Positions 1-7,932 of a DNA stretch of 13,006 bases are shown in pieces. The DNA is taken from contig CBEVQU010000020.1 in assembly GCA_965552115.1 (NCBI GenBank), positions 1-13,006 of the forward strand. The letters are read 5' to 3'. Each line of letters begins with the position of its first letter. Positions within the stretch are counted from its first letter, which is position 1. The notes beneath the pieces were generated by a model that saw nothing but the letters and a program-made list of their open reading frames with translations, was not told the DNA's origin and made no database searches. This DNA is from an uncultured bacterium. Its GTDB lineage: Bacteria > Patescibacteriota > Minisyncoccia > Minisyncoccales > CAZLLZ01. Position numbers and translations under genes: made by a program.

Positions 1-371
1 TCTTAGCTAAAGATAAAAAGGAAAGTATTCTTTCTCTCTCTGTTAAATTTTTTGCTTCTTGTAAAATGACAAAAGTAGTGAAAAAAGATAAATTTTGGCC
101 AAAACCTACTGTAGATTCTGCTTTAATAAAATTGAAAGTCAAAAAAAACCTTCCTAAAATAAAAAAAGAAGTTTTCTTTAAAATTTTAAAGGCAGGTTTT
201 CTTCCAAAAAGAAAAAAGTTAACTTCTAATCTTTCGAAAAATTTAAAAATTAAAAAAGAAATTTTAGAAAAAATATTTAAAAAATTAAAAATCAAAAATT
301 TAGAAAGAGCAGAAAATCTTTCTTTAAATCAATGGATAAAACTATCAAAAGAAATTCAAAATTTCAAATAA
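1..371 (+). CDS. rsmA: 16S rRNA (adenine1518/1519-N6)-dimethyltransferase RsmA/KsgA, C-terminal part (5' end lies outside the window; the open frame starts at nt 3)
   Basis: The frame is open from nt 3 and reads ...KESILSLSVKFFASCKMTKVVKKDKFWPKPTVDSALIKL. The F-x-P-x-P-x-VDSA-(V/L) motif is the conserved C-terminal signature of KsgA/RsmA methyltransferases. The Lys-rich helical tail is typical of the family. The M at nt 66 in the ORF track is an internal residue, not the start. Confidence 0.75.
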   Translation, partial: LAKDKKESILSLSVKFFASCKMTKVVKKDKFWPKPTVDSALIKLKVKKNLPKIKKEVFFKILKAGFLPKRKKLTSNLSKNLKIKKEILEKIFKKLKIKNLERAENLSLNQWIKLSKEIQNFK

Positions 372-2863
372 AATTTATTCTTATCTTCTCTCTTTTTTTA
401 TTTTTTTTATTTTCTTTGCCGAAAGTAGCTTTCTCCCAAGAGTGTACTCAAGCAAACGAAGGAGAAACAAGACCTTGCAATGACTGCGGAATTCAAATTT
501 GTGAATGCGTCCAACAAAATGGAAATATTAGTTGCAGCTGGTCAGAATGTCAAGGAGAAGGAGTCTGTTGTACAGAAAATGGATTTTTCAGAGGAACAGA
601 TTACATATGTGACACCAAATATAAAACTCAATATAAATGTGAAGGTACGAATTGTGGAGATGATATTTTAAAAAGAAATTGTCATAAAAATAGGTATTGT
701 TCCGGAAATAGTGCAGATTGTACAGGAAACTGGTCAAGTTGGATTTGTGGATCACCTTCCCTTTTTGAAGATTGTGAAAGTTGGCAAAAATGTAAAGATG
801 GGACAGAATGGACAGATACTCAAGATCAAGTTTGCCAATGCGAAGGAGAATGTTTAGACAAACCTGAAAATCCCAGATATTATTCCAATCCTAACTTTTC
901 CGATGTTCCAGAAAAAAACTTAGGAAATGAAAATCTCTTTCTACCAATAAAATTAGATTGGGACGATATCCCAGGATGGAGAAAAAAAGGAGGGCCGACT
1001 TCTTATGTAATTGAAATAGAAAATACAACCAAAAATACTTTCTCGCAAACTCTCACTAAGTCTGAATTTATACCTCCTGAACCATGTCTTTTAAAATCAG
1101 GGGAAAAACATATCTGGCGAGTAAAAGGGTGTTGTAATTCAGATGGAACAAATTGTGGAACAGAAAGCGAATGGACATTTACTACAAACTTAGCTCCTGA
1201 GCCTTATGCCCCTAAAGATCCAGATTGGGCCGGTCCGCAAGAAAAAAAAGAAGAAACTCTTTCTACCGAATTAAAATGGTGTAAAACCGAAAATGAAGAT
1301 TTTTACGAGCCTTTACAGGATGGCTATTTCCCTAGAATTTACAAAATCTTGATTTTTCAAGAAGGAGAATGCCATCCCTTTCAAAAACAAGGTGAGGAGT
1401 GTTTACCTTTCCAACTCACCAACAATCTCTCTCCAGGACTACTTTCACCAGAGCCTGTCTTTTCGAATAAAGATTATCCTTATTTTACAAAAGATACTTC
1501 TTATAGTTGGAAAGTTTCTGCATGTAAAGATCTAGCGGGGATAGAATGTACACCTTATAGTCAAGAATGGAAATTTTCCTTAAAAGAAGAAATTATCATT
1601 AAAACTCCTTCTCTTCTTTCCCCTCCAAATGATTTCCATGGAAAACACCCTGTTGGGCTACCTGTTTCTTTAAATTGGACAGAGCCTTTTGGTGCAAGAT
1701 CTTTTGAAGTTGAAATATACGAAAATAATCAAAGAATTCATCGGAAAATAGTTTTCGCTCCACCTCTTATTTTAGATTCTCCTACTCTTTCTTTAAATAC
1801 TTTATATAAATGGAGAGTTAGAAGTTGCTGGGACGAAGAAGGAGAAAATTGCGAACCGGACTGGTCGGGATTTTATTTTTTTAAAACTACCGGAGAACCT
1901 CCTATTCTTTTAAACCCAGCGAATAACACCTCTTTACATCTTCCTATCGAATTTAAATGGAGTGAGGTACCAGGAGTGAACTCATATGTCTTTGAAGTTT
2001 TAAAAAACGGAGAAACAATTGTAAATAAAATCTCTTCCGAGCCTCTTCTTTTTTTAACTTATCCTGAGATAAAACAAGGAATATCTTATCTGTGGCACGT
2101 AAGATCTTGTGCTAAACCATTAGGAAAAATCTGTGGTTCCTGGAGTTCTACTTTTCAATTCACTGTTTCACGACTTCCCCCTCCAACTCTCTCTCTTCCA
2201 AAAGATAAAGATAATATTCCACTCTTCCAAACTCCTTTTTTGCTAAAATGGCAGCCTCTTTCTGGAATAAAATTCTATAAATACAGAGTGATTTTTCTGA
2301 AAAAAGATGAAGCGGAAAAAAATGAAGAATGCAAAACAGGAAAAGAAATTGAAGGAATTACTAAGAATTTCTCTGTTTATCTTCCTTTAAAATGTTTGGG
2401 AGAATATGAATGGCAAGTAGTGGGATGTTTTGATGAAAAATGCACCGAAATAGGAGATTGGAGTAAAAAACAGACTTTTTCCATAACTCAAAAAATCACT
2501 TCTTCAGAAAAAAGAGGACTAGTTCCTTGTAATCTTCCTTATGACATTCCAGACACACCATGGGATGAAAGGGAAAAATGTGAAATTAAACATCTTTTTA
2601 TTTTAATAAATAACATTTTAAACTTTCTCCTTTGGAAAATAGCTCCTATTGTGATAATATTATTACTAGGAACCTCTGGTCTTCTATTCTACTTCGCTTC
2701 TCTCTCTGGAGGAAATGTGGAACTTATTTATAGAATAAAGAAATGGTGGAAAGTAATTATAATCGGGTATATTCTCATTTTTGGAAGTTGGTTAATAGTA
2801 AGTTATACTCTGCTTCTTTTCGGATATAGAGTAGGGATTTTCGGAGAATGGTGGAAAATTTAG
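332..2863 (+). CDS. Large secreted/surface protein of 843 aa. It has a signal peptide, a Cys-rich module of about 140 aa, five FN3-like repeats each with a conserved Cys pair, and a C-terminal two-helix pilin-like (VirB2/TrbC-like) membrane hairpin. Putative T4SS-associated adhesin.
   Basis: The N terminus MDKTIKRNSKFQIKFILIFSLFLFFLFSLPKVAFS|QE has the n-, h- and c-regions of a signal peptide. About 21 Cys fall in residues 37-175. Five repeats each begin P-x-L-x-P...(L/F)xW and end Y-x-W-(R/K/H/Q)-V-x-x-C...C...W-(S/K)...F-(T/S). The last 90 aa (nt 2591-2863) carry two hydrophobic helices separated by a charged loop. The ORF is long, uninterrupted and overlaps the rsmA 3' end by 40 nt. Confidence 0.8.
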   Translation: MDKTIKRNSKFQIKFILIFSLFLFFLFSLPKVAFSQECTQANEGETRPCNDCGIQICECVQQNGNISCSWSECQGEGVCCTENGFFRGTDYICDTKYKTQYKCEGTNCGDDILKRNCHKNRYCSGNSADCTGNWSSWICGSPSLFEDCESWQKCKDGTEWTDTQDQVCQCEGECLDKPENPRYYSNPNFSDVPEKNLGNENLFLPIKLDWDDIPGWRKKGGPTSYVIEIENTTKNTFSQTLTKSEFIPPEPCLLKSGEKHIWRVKGCCNSDGTNCGTESEWTFTTNLAPEPYAPKDPDWAGPQEKKEETLSTELKWCKTENEDFYEPLQDGYFPRIYKILIFQEGECHPFQKQGEECLPFQLTNNLSPGLLSPEPVFSNKDYPYFTKDTSYSWKVSACKDLAGIECTPYSQEWKFSLKEEIIIKTPSLLSPPNDFHGKHPVGLPVSLNWTEPFGARSFEVEIYENNQRIHRKIVFAPPLILDSPTLSLNTLYKWRVRSCWDEEGENCEPDWSGFYFFKTTGEPPILLNPANNTSLHLPIEFKWSEVPGVNSYVFEVLKNGETIVNKISSEPLLFLTYPEIKQGISYLWHVRSCAKPLGKICGSWSSTFQFTVSRLPPPTLSLPKDKDNIPLFQTPFLLKWQPLSGIKFYKYRVIFLKKDEAEKNEECKTGKEIEGITKNFSVYLPLKCLGEYEWQVVGCFDEKCTEIGDWSKKQTFSITQKITSSEKRGLVPCNLPYDIPDTPWDEREKCEIKHLFILINNILNFLLWKIAPIVIILLLGTSGLLFYFASLSGGNVELIYRIKKWWKVIIIGYILIFGSWLIVSYTLLLFGYRVGIFGEWWKI

Positions 2864-2882
2864 CTTCTCTATATGAAATAAT

Positions 2883-3533
2883 ATGAAATATGAAAAAAAC
2901 CTTCCCTATTTAATTATCATCTTTATATCTATTTTTCTACTTCTCACAATTAGTTATTGGAGGTATTTAAAATTAGAAGAATTTTCAAAAAATTTTTTTT
3001 CTCCTAAAGAAATTTTTCAGAAAGAACTTGAAGGTATTAAAGAAAATTTTCCTCTACAAGAGGGAAATAACCAAGAGGTCAAATTTAAAAGCCCGGATGG
3101 AAAATTGGAACTAATTTATTCTTCAAGTTGGAAGGAATTACCTGGAAATACATTAAAAGGATTCTCTCCTTATTTTAAAAGAGATGGAGTTTCTCTACTT
3201 CTTTTTGCTCAAAAAATGAATTTTACTGAAGGAACCATTGCTTTTCTTCTTGTCCAGGAAATTGAAAAAAAGCCAAAAGAGACTATAAAAGATCTCATTA
3301 ACGAAATAGAAAAGGAAGCAGAAAAAAAGAAAGAAATTTCACTTAAAGAAAAAGAGGCAGAAGTAGAATTTCTCTTTTCTAAAGAAAAAGGAATACCTTG
3401 TTTCGCAAGAGAAAAAATTTTAGATGAAGGTAAAAAGTTTTTCTTAGTCGCTATTTTCTCTGCAGTAAAAGACTGGCCAACTTACGAAAAAGAAGCTCAA
3501 AAAATTCTTGATTCTGTTCGACTAATAGAGTAA
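2883..3533 (+). CDS. Single-pass membrane-anchored hypothetical protein of 216 aa. It has an N-terminal TM helix and an extracytoplasmic domain. It could be a VirB8-like component, but this is unverified.
   Basis: The N-terminal hydrophobic segment LPYLIIIFISIFLLLTISYW is followed by a Lys/Glu-rich soluble domain. The gene is tightly packed in the same orientation as its neighbours. No family motif is recognised. Confidence 0.6.
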   Translation: MKYEKNLPYLIIIFISIFLLLTISYWRYLKLEEFSKNFFSPKEIFQKELEGIKENFPLQEGNNQEVKFKSPDGKLELIYSSSWKELPGNTLKGFSPYFKRDGVSLLLFAQKMNFTEGTIAFLLVQEIEKKPKETIKDLINEIEKEAEKKKEISLKEKEAEVEFLFSKEKGIPCFAREKILDEGKKFFLVAIFSAVKDWPTYEKEAQKILDSVRLIE

Positions 3534-3573
3534 GTATTTCTTTTTTTTATTAAATGAGATAAAATAAAAAGAG

Positions 3574-4389
3574 ATGAGTCTAAACTTCTCTAAAAAATAC
3601 TTATTACTTTGGATAGTTTTGGTTTTGCTTTTTTTTCATTCTGAAACTTTGGCTCTAGAAGTTTCTTGGCCTACTTCCCCAGCAGGAACTAAATTAACAG
3701 ATGACTCAACTCTCCCCGAATTAATAAAATACCTCTATGAGTGGGGAATAAGTATCACAGGAATAATTCTTTTTCTTTCTCTTATCTTAGCTGGTTTTCA
3801 GTATCTGACTTCGGTGGGAGAACCTATAAAACTCCAAGAGGCTAAAGATAGAATCCAATCTTCTCTATTAGGAGTAATTTTTCTTTTAGCATCTTGGATA
3901 ATTCTTAATTTAATAAATCCTGCTCTTACTACCTTTAAAAATGTAGAATTCAATCCTTTAGAATCAGTGGAAGGAGAAATCACCTTAGATATGGAAGACT
4001 TACAAAAGCCTTGTGATTTTGCTTATTTATATGAAAAACCAAACTATGAAGGGGGAAAGAAAAGAATAGAGCCGGGGGAGAAAGTGGAATTAGGAGGTGG
4101 TGAGGAATATCTCTCTATTAAATCTTTTTATAGAGTTGACCAATGCACTCAAGAAGAAATTAATAAAGGAGATTGTATTAAAGAAAACGAAGAATATTAT
4201 AAAAAAGGGGGGGCTTGTACTGTTCAATTATATGCTAAAAAGAAAGTAGGGTGGTGGATTTTTGCTAAAGAGAAAGCTTGTGGAGATAAAATTTCTGAGA
4301 CTCAAGCTGTCCATCCTGACTTCTCAAGAATTTCAGACAGGCAAGTAACCTGTATAAGATTAATAAAACATGAACTCGCTGAATTTTAA
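3574..4389 (+). CDS. Pilin-like (TrbC/VirB2-like) membrane protein of 271 aa with a C-terminal Cys-rich extracellular domain
   Basis: The signal peptide is MSLNFSKKYLLLWIVLVLLFFHSETLA|LEV. The mature N-terminal region has two hydrophobic helices around a charged loop (GISITGIILFLSLILAGFQYLTSVGEPIKLQEAKDRIQSSLLGVIFLLASWIILNLINP), which is the VirB2/TrbC architecture. This region is homologous to the C-terminal hairpin of the 843-aa protein. The C-terminal 150 aa contain 8 Cys. Confidence 0.65.
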   Translation: MSLNFSKKYLLLWIVLVLLFFHSETLALEVSWPTSPAGTKLTDDSTLPELIKYLYEWGISITGIILFLSLILAGFQYLTSVGEPIKLQEAKDRIQSSLLGVIFLLASWIILNLINPALTTFKNVEFNPLESVEGEITLDMEDLQKPCDFAYLYEKPNYEGGKKRIEPGEKVELGGGEEYLSIKSFYRVDQCTQEEINKGDCIKENEEYYKKGGACTVQLYAKKKVGWWIFAKEKACGDKISETQAVHPDFSRISDRQVTCIRLIKHELAEF

Positions 4390-6628
4390 TAAATTACATA
4401 ATAAACTAGCCTTTTTAAAAACCCCTTCTTTCCTATTTTTTGTATTTCTTCTTTTAATTTTATTCATTCCAAAGCCTTCCTCTGCTTTTATCGGAACGGG
4501 AATTTTTGATTATTTTGATACTGCTTTAGAAGGTGTAGAAGAAATTGCAGGTCCTTTAGCAAAAAAAGTAATTAGTATATTCTTTGTGTACGTTATAGGA
4601 CTCATTTTTCTAGGAACTTCTACTGTTCTTCTAGAACAAACTATGAATCCTGAATGGTTATCTATTTATGGAAATCCTCTAGTAGAAAAGGGTTGGAATT
4701 TCACAGTAAATATAGCAAACATGTTTCTTGTATTAGGCTTTATTGTGATAGCTCTAGGGATTATTTTAGGAAGAAGAAGTCTTCAGATTAAAAAAACTCT
4801 TCCTAGATTAATTCTTGTGGCCTTTTTGATAAATTTTAGTTTACTTTTAGTAGGGGCTTTATTAGACATTTCAAATATTCTCTATAATACTTTTTGGAAA
4901 GGAAACGAAAATCTTCCATCGCAAGTAATAGATTTATTAATAGGCAAAGGAGGAAGTGTCCTAACAAATATGATTAGTTGGTTAGGGGCTTTAGCGCTAA
5001 GTTTTTCTATACCCTTCGTAGGTCCCTTTGCTCAAATAGCTCTCGTCTCATATCTAATAGTTGCTTTTCCTACTATGCTCGCGTGGTTTTTTCAAATAAT
5101 TTGCTTTTTTATTGTAGGAGGAATCTTCCTCTTGTACGGTATCTTGTTTGCTTTCAGAGTTTTTATTGTTCAATTATTAGCTATCATTTCTCCTCTAGCT
5201 TTTGTAGCTTGGATTTTTCCTCAAACAGAAAGATATTTCAAAACTTGGTTTAGAATGCTTTTACAATGGATATTTTTAGGTATTTTCCTTATTTTCTTTC
5301 TCTCTTTAGGATTAGCAGGAGCAGTAGCTCTTTCTGAGAAATTAGGAATAGGAGAAAATCCTACTCCTATTCCTGGCTTAAGTTGGTTTAAAGTACATGA
5401 TTATTTCGTGTATTATCTCTTTTTAACTATCTATTTAGGAATAGCAGCTGCTCTTGGAAGAAGAGTTACACCTATGTTTGTAGATCAAGCTTTAGGAATG
5501 TTTAATCAAGCGAAAGGAGCTTTTGTAGGAAGAATAGGAGGAGTTAGTAAATATATAAAAGAGAGGGCGAGAAGATGGGCAGCAGAAAAAGAAAAAGAAT
5601 TTGAAAGAAAGGAAACACCTAAAAAAACAACTGCCAAAATATGGAGGGGGATTAAAAAAGGACTAACAGGAACCATAAAATGGGCCCACAGAATAAGAGG
5701 AACTACAATTGAAGCTGGGTTAGAGAGAGATATTCAAGAGAAAAAAGAAAAATTAAAAGAAAGATTCGGTAATAATGTAGAACAAGCTAGAATTTTTTAT
5801 GGTAAATCTTGGAGAATTCTCCCGCCTACAGATAAAATAGCATTTACTCTTTACGCTGCCGAGGTTAAAGGAGGAAAGGGTTTAGTAAAAATGGGAGAAG
5901 AAGAAGCAAAAGAGGGAATTAATTTAATAGGGAAATCTTATTCAAAAAAACTCTCCGATGTTTTAAAGTATAATGTGAAACTAATGAAAGAAATGCTAGA
6001 AGATATTAGTTACGGAGGAGTATCATTAGATATTTTAGTGCCAGAAAGAGAAAAAGATAAAGATGTTATAGAGCTTATGAAATTAGGATACGAAAAAGCA
6101 GACGCTATTAAAAAAGCTGCTTTTAAAAAAGTTATAGATGACTTAAAATCTAAAGACATTGAGAAACTTACAGATGATACTCTTACTAATCCTGAATTTC
6201 AAGAAGTAACAGCTCTTTTTAAACCTTGGGGATTTATAAGAAAAATTGGAGAAGAATGGGGAGCAGACATTTTAGATAAAATCCAAGAAACTGCAGAAGA
6301 AATAGGATTAGAAAAAATTGCAAAAAGTAATCCTTCCTTTTTAAGAGCTCCTTACACCCCTGGAGGCTCTATTTTTTTAAGAAGGTGGTTTTTGGAAGGA
6401 AGAGAATTAACTCGAAATGATATAGAAGAATTAATCCGAAGAGCCAAAAGAGGAGACGATGAAGAGAAACCACCATCTTCACCGAAACCACCGAAACCCC
6501 CAAAACCACCGCCCAAACCTCCAAGAGGAAGAGCAGGAGTAGGAGTTCCAATTTACTGGACAAAAGAAAAAAAAGAAGAGGAAGAAGAGGAAGAAGAACC
6601 GAGAGGAAGAGTAGGAGTGGGAGTTTAA
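4370..6628 (+). CDS. VirB6/TrbL-like polytopic inner-membrane protein of 752 aa with a long hydrophilic C-terminal domain and a Pro-rich/poly-Glu tail
   Basis: A signal-like N terminus is followed by about 8 predicted TM helices in residues 60-370. There is then a roughly 380-aa charged cytoplasmic domain, ending in PPSSPKPPKPPKPPPKPPRGRAGVGV...EEEEEEEEPRGRVGVGV. This layout is that of Gram-positive VirB6-like proteins such as TcpH/PrgH. The start overlaps the upstream gene by 20 nt, and internal Met codons could be the true start. Confidence 0.55.
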   Translation: MNSLNFNKLHNKLAFLKTPSFLFFVFLLLILFIPKPSSAFIGTGIFDYFDTALEGVEEIAGPLAKKVISIFFVYVIGLIFLGTSTVLLEQTMNPEWLSIYGNPLVEKGWNFTVNIANMFLVLGFIVIALGIILGRRSLQIKKTLPRLILVAFLINFSLLLVGALLDISNILYNTFWKGNENLPSQVIDLLIGKGGSVLTNMISWLGALALSFSIPFVGPFAQIALVSYLIVAFPTMLAWFFQIICFFIVGGIFLLYGILFAFRVFIVQLLAIISPLAFVAWIFPQTERYFKTWFRMLLQWIFLGIFLIFFLSLGLAGAVALSEKLGIGENPTPIPGLSWFKVHDYFVYYLFLTIYLGIAAALGRRVTPMFVDQALGMFNQAKGAFVGRIGGVSKYIKERARRWAAEKEKEFERKETPKKTTAKIWRGIKKGLTGTIKWAHRIRGTTIEAGLERDIQEKKEKLKERFGNNVEQARIFYGKSWRILPPTDKIAFTLYAAEVKGGKGLVKMGEEEAKEGINLIGKSYSKKLSDVLKYNVKLMKEMLEDISYGGVSLDILVPEREKDKDVIELMKLGYEKADAIKKAAFKKVIDDLKSKDIEKLTDDTLTNPEFQEVTALFKPWGFIRKIGEEWGADILDKIQETAEEIGLEKIAKSNPSFLRAPYTPGGSIFLRRWFLEGRELTRNDIEELIRRAKRGDDEEKPPSSPKPPKPPKPPPKPPRGRAGVGVPIYWTKEKKEEEEEEEEPRGRVGVGV
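6476..6625 (+). repeat. Low-complexity coding repeats at the 3' end of the VirB6-like gene. They comprise a 9-nt periodic (ccaccgaaa)n Pro-Pro-Lys tract, a (gaagag)n poly-Glu tract, and a 27-nt imperfect direct repeat (6521-6547 and 6599-6625, 24 of 27 identical).
   Basis: These can be read directly in the sequence: ccaagaggaagagcaggagtaggagtt versus ccgagaggaagagtaggagtgggagtt. They encode RGRAGVGV and RGRVGVGV. Confidence 0.7.
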
Positions 6629-6639
6629 AAGAAAAAAGA

Positions 6640-6656
6640 AGAGATAGAACATCTCT
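6640..6656. terminator. Weak candidate bidirectional hairpin between two convergent genes: stem agagat / atctct with loop agaac
   Basis: A 6-bp inverted repeat lies at 6640-6645 and 6651-6656, between the VirB6-like stop (6628) and the SPFH stop (6670). On the minus strand it is followed by a U-rich run (complement of aaaagaaaaaagaa at 6627-6639). The stem has only 2 GC pairs, so it is weak. Confidence 0.25.
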
Positions 6657-6669
6657 CCTGAAGATTTAT

Positions 6670-7860
6670 TTATTCTTTTAGTTTCTCTTTGATTTCTTCC
6701 ACTTCTTTTTGAAGTTTTGAAAGAGCTTCTTTAACTACTTTCCATTCTCTCTCTGAAAATCTTTCTGGTTCTTTACCAAAAACACCACGTAAAACTTCTT
6801 GTAGTCCAGGAATAGCTTGAACTGCAAGGGAAGCTGCTAGAGGACTCTTTTCTACTGCTTCACAAACTCTTACCAGTTCTCCAGTTCTTCCGAGTGCTTT
6901 TACTGTTTCATAGACTCTCTTTATTCTTTCTTTCTCAGCATCAGCTAAAGTTTCTATTCTCTCTTTTTCTCTCTCTGCTAAATATTTTTTCAATGTAGCC
7001 TCTCTATATTCTTTAGGTGGATTTATAGATCTTATTTCTATCTTTTTTAGTAAAATACCATATTCTTCCTCAAATTCTTTTAATATTTTTAATTTCTTCA
7101 ATCTTTTCTTTAACTCTTCAGCCATACTTTGAGGCTCTGAAATCCATCTCTCATAAGATTTCTGAGTGATAACATCTCTAGCTTCTGCATTACATCTTTG
7201 AATCACTGCTTCCAACCAATTTTGAATTCTAAACAAAGCTTTATAAGGATTGACTACTCTAATTGTATATAGAATCTCTATATTTAAAGGTAATCTATTA
7301 ATATCCTCTGCCTTCTCTATTTTACTATAGTAGACGTCTTCTTTTAGAAGAATATAATCTAAGACTTCCTTCTCATGATGAATAATCTTCCCATCTTCCT
7401 TTATTCCTGTCCAAGTAAAACCATAAATATATATATCTTTTATCGGCCAAAAACCATAGTATCTAAACCCTCCTAAAGGATGGCACTTTTCTTTGTATAT
7501 TTTAGCTCCAGGTGTCCCAAGAGGAACTTTTTTTCCATCTTTCATCGGAATTCCTTCTTTTACTACATTCCACTGTTCATCTAAAGTATATCCTTTCCAT
7601 TGAATTAGTATCTTTATCACTTGGTCTCCTTTTACTACCACCTTCGCTGTTCCTTCTTTTACAAAGGTAAAAAATAAATTGTCTTCTGCTAATCCAAAGT
7701 ATACCCAGGCAAAAAGCCCAATAGGAATGGTTACCCAAAACACTAGTAAAAAGAGTATTTTCCCTAGAGAAAAATCAAAAGCTTTCGAAAGTAGAGACCC
7801 AATATACAGAAGTACTTCTATTCCTACCCATTTTATTAAAATCTTTAAAGAACTAATCAT
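6670..7860 (-). CDS. SPFH/band-7 (stomatin/prohibitin/flotillin/HflK-C family) membrane protein of 396 aa
   Basis: N-terminal TM helices are followed by a core that fits the SPFH pattern (IEILYTIRVVNPYKALFRIQNWLEAVIQRCNAEARDVITQKS...). There is then a coiled-coil tail rich in AEREKERIETLADAEKERIKRV-type repeats, typical of flotillin/YqiK-like proteins. Confidence 0.55.
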   Translation of the reverse strand: MISSLKILIKWVGIEVLLYIGSLLSKAFDFSLGKILFLLVFWVTIPIGLFAWVYFGLAEDNLFFTFVKEGTAKVVVKGDQVIKILIQWKGYTLDEQWNVVKEGIPMKDGKKVPLGTPGAKIYKEKCHPLGGFRYYGFWPIKDIYIYGFTWTGIKEDGKIIHHEKEVLDYILLKEDVYYSKIEKAEDINRLPLNIEILYTIRVVNPYKALFRIQNWLEAVIQRCNAEARDVITQKSYERWISEPQSMAEELKKRLKKLKILKEFEEEYGILLKKIEIRSINPPKEYREATLKKYLAEREKERIETLADAEKERIKRVYETVKALGRTGELVRVCEAVEKSPLAASLAVQAIPGLQEVLRGVFGKEPERFSEREWKVVKEALSKLQKEVEEIKEKLKE

Positions 7861-7932
7861 ACTTTTAAAATACCACTTTATTAAAATTTGTCAACATTTT
7901 TCTCTTTTTCTTTTTTTTATATAATAAAACTA
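7861..7932. promoter_or_regulatory. Divergent AT-rich intergenic region. It probably holds promoters for the SPFH gene (minus strand) and the operon running from the small ORF through the PrgI-like gene to the VirB4-like genes (plus strand).
   Basis: This 72-bp non-coding gap lies between divergent starts. It contains TTGTCA at 7888-7893 and TATAAT at 7920-7925, but they are about 26 bp apart, which is not the canonical 17 bp. Promoter elements are therefore suggested but not cleanly resolved. Confidence 0.2.

Noticed and set aside
480-671. 63-aa plus-strand ORF
   Set aside because: It lies entirely inside the 843-aa gene in a different frame. It has no independent support and is a typical spurious ORF in AT-rich sequence.
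3798-3983. 61-aa minus-strand ORF
   Set aside because: It is antisense to, and fully contained within, the well-supported pilin-like gene.
4978-5253. 91-aa plus-strand ORF
   Set aside because: It is an alternative frame inside the TM region of the VirB6-like gene. Its Ser/Cys/Phe-rich composition looks like an off-frame artefact.
6369-6563. 64-aa minus-strand ORF
   Set aside because: It is antisense to the low-complexity 3' end of the VirB6-like gene. The repetitive sequence creates a fortuitous open frame.
7679-7924. 81-aa plus-strand ORF
   Set aside because: It is antisense to the 5' end of the SPFH gene and runs into the intergenic promoter region. There is no coding signal.
7888-7925. 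Canonical sigma-70 promoter TTGTCA ... TATAAT upstream of the small ORF
   Set aside because: The hexamers are present but about 26 bp apart, far from the 16-18 bp optimum. It is therefore reported only as a low-confidence regulatory region.
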